Notes under the pieces: model-generated
Database searches by the model: none
The model's input: the letters and a program-made list of their open reading frames with translations, nothing else
What the model was told of the DNA's origin: nothing
Shown: positions 14,531 to 19,137 of the stretch, one piece after another
Position numbering within the stretch: position 1 is the stretch's first letter
Layout: every line of letters begins with the position of its first letter
Virus record (IMG/VR): IMGVR_UViG_2690316028_000003
Location: 1 to 19,137 of that record
Reading direction: 5' to 3' (one strand)
Source of the DNA: a virus
Taxonomy: Duplodnaviria > Heunggongvirae > Uroviricota > Caudoviricetes
Length of the DNA stretch: 19,137 bases
Program-made: the position numbers and the translations under genes

Positions 14531-15314
14531 GTTAATGAATGGCAATGCCATCAAAATGACAAGCATTGAAATCGCTGAGTTGGTAGAAAGCCGCCATAGC
14601 AATGTAAAAGTATCCATAGATAGATTGGTGAAACGTGGCGTTATCAAGCCTCCTGCATTGCAGCACACTAACATAATCAATGATTTAGGTGTTATTACCG
14701 GGAAGCGTGATTTCTACGTCTTCGAAGGCGAACAAGGAAAGCGAGACAGCATTATTGTCGTCGCCCAGTTGTCGCCAGAGTTCACCGCTCGCCTTGTTGA
14801 CCGCGGCGCGGAAAACGTCGAGCGCCTGGAGCTGATTACTATGCCTTGGTTCCGGGCTGTGCGAGGAAACCATGAGCAGATGATGATTGATGGGCTATCG
14901 GAGTATGGGAACGTCAATCACTGGTTGGCAAATGGTGGCGGCTGGTTCTTCAATCTCGACTATGACAAAGAAGTGCTGGCTAAGGCTCTGGTTCACAAAG
15001 CAGCTGAGCTGCCACTCGTCATCGAGCTGGTTACCGCTGAGCGTAAAATCGTTATCTGCCACGCTGACTACCCGCATAACGAATATGCGTTCGATAAGCC
15101 CATCCCGAAAGATATGGTCATCTGGAATCGAGAGAGGGTTAGCGACGCACAGGACGGCATTGTATCGACGATAGCCGGTGCTGATCTGTTTATCTTCGGC
15201 CACACCCCAGCGCGCCAGCCCCTGAAGTATGCCAACCAGATGTACATCGACACCGGCGCCGTGTTCTGCGGAAACCTCACGCTGGTAAAGGTGCAAGGCG
15301 GTGAACATGCGTAA
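14523..15314 (+). CDS. chimeric protein: Rha/antirepressor-like N-terminal segment fused to lambda Ser/Thr phosphatase (NinI) C-terminal region lacking motif I
   Basis: Residues from about 93 ([34 protein letters not shown]...FIFGHTP...[21 protein letters not shown]) closely match lambda phosphatase residues about 52..221; N-terminal 90 aa ([25 protein letters not shown]...) carry no GDxHG motif and the GD of GDxxDRG is replaced by AR. Confidence 0.7.
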   Translation: MSELMNGNAIKMTSIEIAELVESRHSNVKVSIDRLVKRGVIKPPALQHTNIINDLGVITGKRDFYVFEGEQGKRDSIIVVAQLSPEFTARLVDRGAENVERLELITMPWFRAVRGNHEQMMIDGLSEYGNVNHWLANGGGWFFNLDYDKEVLAKALVHKAAELPLVIELVTAERKIVICHADYPHNEYAFDKPIPKDMVIWNRERVSDAQDGIVSTIAGADLFIFGHTPARQPLKYANQMYIDTGAVFCGNLTLVKVQGGEHA

Positions 15315-15948
15315 ACCATCCCGCCGTAAGTGCAAAGTATGCGGGGAATACTTCGTGCCGAAATTCCACGATATCCGGATCCGCTGGTGCAGCCCGGAGC
15401 ACGGCGCAATCCTCGCGATGGAAGAACGTCAAAAGGAGAAGGTGAAAGCCGCTGCTAAGCGCATTAAGGAGCAGAAGGAGGCAGAGAAGGCCGGGCGCAA
15501 ACGCCGCAAGGAGAGGCTGGCAGAGCTACGCCCAGCAGGTTACTACAAAGCGCAGGCTCAGCAGGCATTCAACGCCTACATCCGTGCGCGCGATGCTGAT
15601 TTGCCATGCATCAGCTGCGGAGAGACCAACCCGCCAGATCTGCATGGCGGCCAATGGGACTGCGGCCACTTCAAAACAGTAGGTGCTTACCCTGAACTGC
15701 GCTTTGAAGAGCGCAATGCCCATAAGCAGTGCAAATCCTGTAATGCCGGAGCGGGCAAATATACCGCCAAAGAGGCGACGGTAGCGCAGCAATACGAAGC
15801 TGGTCTGGTCGCTCGTTACGGGCAGGAGTACGTGGACTGGCTCAACGGCCCCCACGAAATGACCAACTACCGCCGTGAAGACTTCATTCGGATCCGCGAT
15901 GAATACCGCGCCAAGCTCAAAGCACTGAAACAGTGGGAGGCCGCATGA
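15307..15948 (+). CDS. ninG: NinG/Rap recombination-associated endonuclease
   Basis: [16 protein letters not shown]...WCSPEHG...[27 protein letters not shown]...HKQCKSCN...; matches lambda NinG motifs ([35 protein letters not shown]); track start 15301 is GTG. Confidence 0.85.
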   Translation: MRKPSRRKCKVCGEYFVPKFHDIRIRWCSPEHGAILAMEERQKEKVKAAAKRIKEQKEAEKAGRKRRKERLAELRPAGYYKAQAQQAFNAYIRARDADLPCISCGETNPPDLHGGQWDCGHFKTVGAYPELRFEERNAHKQCKSCNAGAGKYTAKEATVAQQYEAGLVARYGQEYVDWLNGPHEMTNYRREDFIRIRDEYRAKLKALKQWEAA

Positions 15949-16061
15949 ACCAAGCCGATTTCCTCCGTTACCAGGCAGAAAGCGTTAAGCGCGCCAGCAT
16001 GCCGCCAATAGTAAAGCACAGCCAGACCAAAACCCACCAGCCACAGAAGGAAGCCGCATAA
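15945..16061 (+). CDS. small hypothetical protein (38 aa), NinY/NinH-position ORF
   Basis: Manual translation [38 protein letters not shown]; ATG overlaps ninG stop (ATGA) and its stop overlaps the Q start codon. Confidence 0.3.
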   Translation: MNQADFLRYQAESVKRASMPPIVKHSQTKTHQPQKEAA

Positions 16062-16870
16062 TGAACCTCGAATCAATCGCTAAATACTTTGCGCCTAAAT
16101 CACCGATGTTCAGTGACTCTCCTCGCGCAACCGCATCAGACAGTCTCACCGGCACTGACGTTATGGCGGCGCTTGGCCTTGCTGGCCACAAGTGCGGGTT
16201 TGGTTTCGATCTTTACCTCTCGAAAATCGGCATTAGCAGCCCAGATATAGCACTGGAGAGACTCTATGAGCAGGCACGTAAGTTATCAGGTAAATTCAGA
16301 GCACTGTCTGAACTCGATGAATCAGCTCGGTCAGGCGTGCTTAAGGTTCTCTGCGCTTTTGCATACCAGGATTATTCAAGAAGTGCTGCCAGCACTCGAA
16401 AATGTGATTGCTGTGATGGTGGCGGATTTACAGAGGCGCAAGTGTTTACCAACAAGGTCTCATACCCATGGGGGAAACCGCCTTACTGGTCGAAAATGTC
16501 GCGTGCCGTTCGCCCAAGCGACTGGGAGAGCTGGACACAGGCGCGTGAGGTGGTGCGAGTTAAGTGCAAGCCGTGTAACGGAAAAGGCGTTATCAGCAAT
16601 TCGTGTCGCTGCCATGGCAAAGGTAAGGTGCTGGACAAGGCAGAAAGCGATCGCCAGGGCGTTCCAGTAATGAAAGCCTGCGACCGCTGCGGTGGTAGAG
16701 GTTACGCCAGGCTTAAGTTCTCAACGGTAATTGAGGGCGTTAATACTGTTGCGGAGATAAAGAAAACGGCGGCATATGAGCAACTTCAGCCGCTATTTGA
16801 GGAGTTGGTCGCCGAATGCCATAAACAGGAGTCTATGGCTGATTCCATTCTCTCAAAAGTAACGAGATGA
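16061..16870 (+). CDS. Q: late-gene antiterminator Q
   Basis: 269 aa with three Cys pairs (CKPCNGKG, CRCHGKGKV, CDRCGGRGY); last gene of the nin region, immediately upstream of a promoter/terminator-rich gap and the lysis cassette. Confidence 0.7.
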   Translation: MNLESIAKYFAPKSPMFSDSPRATASDSLTGTDVMAALGLAGHKCGFGFDLYLSKIGISSPDIALERLYEQARKLSGKFRALSELDESARSGVLKVLCAFAYQDYSRSAASTRKCDCCDGGGFTEAQVFTNKVSYPWGKPPYWSKMSRAVRPSDWESWTQAREVVRVKCKPCNGKGVISNSCRCHGKGKVLDKAESDRQGVPVMKACDRCGGRGYARLKFSTVIEGVNTVAEIKKTAAYEQLQPLFEELVAECHKQESMADSILSKVTR

Positions 16871-16912
16871 AAATAATTTTCCCTAATGTTGAAAATATAT
16901 AGGAAATAGGTA

Positions 16913-16941
16913 TTGCATTTCGCGGAAAAACTGGATAGATT
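16913..16941 (+). promoter_or_regulatory. candidate late promoter PR' (qut region)
   Basis: TTGCAT (16913..16918), 17-nt spacer, TAGATT (16936..16941), about 45 nt past Q stop and about 50 nt before the first terminator. Confidence 0.3.
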
Positions 16942-16990
16942 CATCTCTAACGCTGGGAATCCGTTCAGTCGTTCCGAAGCCAAAAAAATT

Positions 16991-17027
16991 CAAGCCCGAG
17001 GTTAACGCCTTGGGCTTTTTTTATTTC
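16991..17027 (+). terminator. intrinsic terminator (tR'-like)
   Basis: caagcccgagg-ttaacg-ccttgggctt followed by TTTTTTTATTT; an A-run upstream makes it potentially bidirectional. Confidence 0.6.
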
Positions 17028-17283
17028 TTTGTGGCCTAAATCGCTTCGAGCCAAAAAAACGCGGAGAACGACATCACCCCTCTCCGCAATAACGACTCAA
17101 TCTCATACCCGCTTGTCTTTCTTTTATCCACAAATAGGTAAAGCCATAACTTAGTGGAAATGGTAACAGCTAAAAACTATTTGAAAAGCTAATTATTTTT
17201 TGCATCAACTGGCTATTCTTAAGGATTGTTTAATTTTTTGCTTTCCTAGCGAGAAAGAAGCTCCGGAAACTATCAATCAATAC

Positions 17284-17311
17284 AAGGCTGCCGTTCGGCG
17301 GCCTTTTTTAT
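17284..17311 (+). terminator. second intrinsic terminator just upstream of the holin gene
   Basis: GC-rich hairpin ggctgccg-ttcg-gcggcc followed by TTTTTTATT. Confidence 0.55.
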
Positions 17312-17348
17312 TCCTAGCAACAGCACTCGCACAAAGCGAGGTGAGAGT

Positions 17349-17573
17349 ATGTATCGCATGGACAAACTAACCACTGGTGCTGCCTATGGCGCTTCAGCCG
17401 GGAGCATCCTAAACGGCATGTTGAATGCCTACAGCCCCGAGCAGTGGAACGCTATCGGCGTGCTGGTGGGTATCATCATTGCCGTAATGACGTATCTGAC
17501 AAATCTCTATTTCAAAATCCGCGAAGACAACCGCCGCAGCAGGAGCCGAGATGAACCCAACGTTGAGGAATAA
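17349..17573 (+). CDS. S: S21-type pinholin with dual-start motif (class II holin/antiholin)
   Basis: [65 protein letters not shown]...; two TMDs (Gly/Ala-rich TMD1), [12 protein letters not shown] matches phage 21 S as I recall it; Met1 and Met4 starts; GAGGTGAG SD. Confidence 0.8.
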   Translation: MYRMDKLTTGAAYGASAGSILNGMLNAYSPEQWNAIGVLVGIIIAVMTYLTNLYFKIREDNRRSRSRDEPNVEE

Positions 17574-18045
17574 GCTGGTGGGTGCCATTGTTGGCGGATC
17601 AGGGGCAATCACTATTGCTGCAGTAATGCTGGGCAATGCGGATGGACTCGAAGGTCGGCGTTATTACGCCTATCAGGATGTGGTCGGCGTCTGGACCGTT
17701 TGCGATGGGCACACTGGTACCGACATTCGCCGCGGTCACCGATATACCGACAAAGAGTGTGACAACCTGCTTAAGGCAGATCTGCGAAAGGTGGCAAGCG
17801 CCATCGACCCGCTGATCAAGGTTCGCATCCCTGAGCCAACCCGCGCCGCGCTTTACTCCTTCACCTATAACGTTGGCTCTGGTGCTTTTGCCAGCTCGAC
17901 GCTGCTGAAGAAGCTGAACTCCGGTGATGTTCCGGGTGCGTGTAAAGAACTGCAGCGCTGGACTTATGCTGGTGGCAAGCAGTGGAAGGGGCTGATCACC
18001 CGGCGCGAGATTGAGCGTGAAGTCTGCGAGTGGGGCCAGAAATGA
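17551..18045 (+). CDS. R: SAR endolysin (GH24 T4-lysozyme-type, phage 21 R-like)
   Basis: N-terminal signal-anchor-release domain [20 protein letters not shown]; catalytic E-x8-D-x5-T in [24 protein letters not shown]; overlaps holin 3' end. Confidence 0.85.
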   Translation: MNPTLRNKLVGAIVGGSGAITIAAVMLGNADGLEGRRYYAYQDVVGVWTVCDGHTGTDIRRGHRYTDKECDNLLKADLRKVASAIDPLIKVRIPEPTRAALYSFTYNVGSGAFASSTLLKKLNSGDVPGACKELQRWTYAGGKQWKGLITRREIEREVCEWGQK

Positions 18046-18500
18046 GCCGATTAACCGCAATCATCTGCGCTGTCGTTATCTGCCTGCTGGTTTCCATGGC
18101 CTGGGCCATTAACCACTACCGCGACAACGCCATCACTTACAGAGACCAGCGCGATAAGGCCACTGAGAAACTCCTCCTGGCGACCGCCACCATTAAAGAC
18201 ATGCAGACCCGCCAGCGTGATGTCGCTGCACTGGATGCCAAATACACCGGAGAACTGGCTGATGCGAAAGAAACCATTGAGCGTCTGCATAGCGATGTCA
18301 TTGCTGGTCGTAAGCGCCTGCAAGTCGCCGCCACCTGTGCAAAGTCAACGACCGGAGCCGGCGGCATGGGCGATGGAGAAAGCCCAGGACTTACAGCAGA
18401 TGCTGAACTCAATTATTACCGTCTCCGAAGTGGAATCGACAAGATAACCGCGCAGGTTAACTACCTGCAGGAGTACATCAGGACTCAGTGCCTGAAATAA
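18042..18500 (+). CDS. Rz: i-spanin Rz
   Basis: From ATG 18042 (ATGA overlap with endolysin stop): [23 protein letters not shown]... N-terminal TMD then coiled-coil periplasmic domain; track start 18030 is GTG. Confidence 0.75.
   Translation: MSRLTAIICAVVICLLVSMAWAINHYRDNAITYRDQRDKATEKLLLATATIKDMQTRQRDVAALDAKYTGELADAKETIERLHSDVIAGRKRLQVAATCAKSTTGAGGMGDGESPGLTADAELNYYRLRSGIDKITAQVNYLQEYIRTQCLK
18262..18447 (+). CDS. Rz1: o-spanin Rz1 lipoprotein, embedded in the +1 frame of Rz
   Basis: [36 protein letters not shown]...; lipobox LVVSAC with proline-rich mature region; lies wholly within Rz. Confidence 0.7.
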   Translation: MRKKPLSVCIAMSLLVVSACKSPPPVQSQRPEPAAWAMEKAQDLQQMLNSIITVSEVESTR

Positions 18501-18530
18501 TTTTTTTGCAAATCACAAAGTCCATTTAAT

Positions 18531-18557
18531 GAGCCTCGCGATGCGGGGCTTTTTATT
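18531..18557 (+). terminator. intrinsic terminator after the lysis cassette
   Basis: agcctcgc-gat-gcggggct hairpin (one G-U pair) followed by TTTTTATT. Confidence 0.6.
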
Positions 18558-18578
18558 CCCAACTCTATAGGTAATTTT

Positions 18579-19049
18579 ATGACCCAGCATATTGGCGTAA
18601 AACTGATTAACGCCTTTCCGATGACGAGACAGGCATATAACGATTTTCGTGGCTGGCAGCTTCCTGCCGGAGAAAACGGCGAGGATGAAGGCTATCTGGT
18701 TGAATATCTTGATGGCGGAAAACCTAACACCGATCGCTTTGATGGCTACGTTAGCTGGAGTCCAAAAGAAGTATTCGAAAAGGCTTATCGTCCGGTATCA
18801 GGGCTAAGTTTCGGCCTTGCCATTGAAGCGCTCAAGTTGGGGAATAAAGTTGCCCGTGCTGGCTGGAATGGTAAGGGGATGTATCTGTTCATTATCCAGC
18901 AGAATGCTTGGGGGTTTGAGTGTGACCTGGACGGAGTTAATGGCCTTGTGACGCTGCCATGCATTTGCATGAAGACAGCGGACGATAAATTAGTACCGTG
19001 GCTGGCTAGTCAGACTGATGTTCTAGCAGAAGACTGGCAAATCATTTAA
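18579..19049 (+). CDS. hypothetical late accessory protein with DUF2829-like (Tad2-like) C-terminal domain
   Basis: 156 aa; C-terminal GLSFGLAIEALKLGNKVARAGWNGKGMYLFII...KTADDKLVPWLASQTDVLAEDWQII resembles DUF2829 as I recall it; N-terminal about 70 aa unassigned; follows a terminator with weak SD. Confidence 0.55.
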   Translation: MTQHIGVKLINAFPMTRQAYNDFRGWQLPAGENGEDEGYLVEYLDGGKPNTDRFDGYVSWSPKEVFEKAYRPVSGLSFGLAIEALKLGNKVARAGWNGKGMYLFIIQQNAWGFECDLDGVNGLVTLPCICMKTADDKLVPWLASQTDVLAEDWQII

Positions 19050-19137
19050 CCATGTAGGCATTACAAAGCCCATCTACGGGTGGGCTTGATAATGGATATC
19101 CCCCTGAGCGGATAAATCAAAAATAACCCCTGCAACG

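Noticed and set aside
17030-17285. Possible tRNA gene between Q and the holin, as in some Stx-type lambdoid phages
   Set aside because: No GTTCGAATC-like T-loop or cloverleaf-compatible stems found by eye; the region is AT-rich with only terminator-like hairpins
19056-19080. Hairpin gcccatc-tacg-ggtgggc near the window end as a terminator
   Set aside because: Stem contains a G-U pair and is followed by only a weak, interrupted U-tract on either strand; too close to the window edge to judge context
1-19137. CRISPR array, integrase/att site, or TGA recoding
   Set aside because: No direct-repeat/spacer array of any length; no tyrosine-recombinase-like ORF in the window; many genes end in TGA at ATGA couplings, so TGA is clearly a standard stop here and the two in-frame TGA cases are better explained as mutations

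Overview
This window reads as the central early/regulatory region and lysis cassette of a lambdoid (lambda/P22-like mosaic) prophage or phage from an enterobacterial host. I found no single clear-cut novel multi-gene defence system; the best candidates for new biology are individual accessory genes, listed in the findings. All homology calls rest on my recall of reference protein sequences and motifs, not on searches, and should be confirmed by BLAST/HMM.

Layout: an immunity region sits at about 7.6-8.8 kb, with a LexA-like S24 CI repressor (7821..8462, minus) and a Cro-like gene (8567..8782, plus) transcribed divergently, each flanked by three 15-bp dyad operators of consensus A[T/A]CAC[A/G]-N3-[T/C]GTG[T/A]T.

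Leftward (minus strand, pL operon): lambda-like nutL and N, several small accessory ORFs, two paralogous small proteins I recall as Ea22-like, a large E/A/R/K-rich protein, cIII, Gam, a RecT recombinase, a Gp157-like protein, an HNH endonuclease, and a block of uncharacterised genes running off the window start.

Rightward (plus strand, pR operon): lambda-like nutR and cII, an O-like initiator with internal iterons, a DnaB-type helicase, then a nin region (NinB, NinE, NinX, NinF, NinG) interrupted by two HNH endonuclease genes, a Dam-like N6-adenine methyltransferase and a Rha-like::lambda-phosphatase chimera. This is followed by antiterminator Q, a terminator-rich Q-S intergenic region, an S21-type pinholin with dual start, a SAR endolysin, Rz with embedded Rz1, and a late DUF2829-like accessory gene.

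Many adjacent genes overlap by ATGA (stop/start), indicating translational coupling. Several genes below 60 aa (cIII, possible kil, others) are absent from the ORF track and were found by manual translation. No tRNA, rRNA, CRISPR array, integrase or att site was seen.
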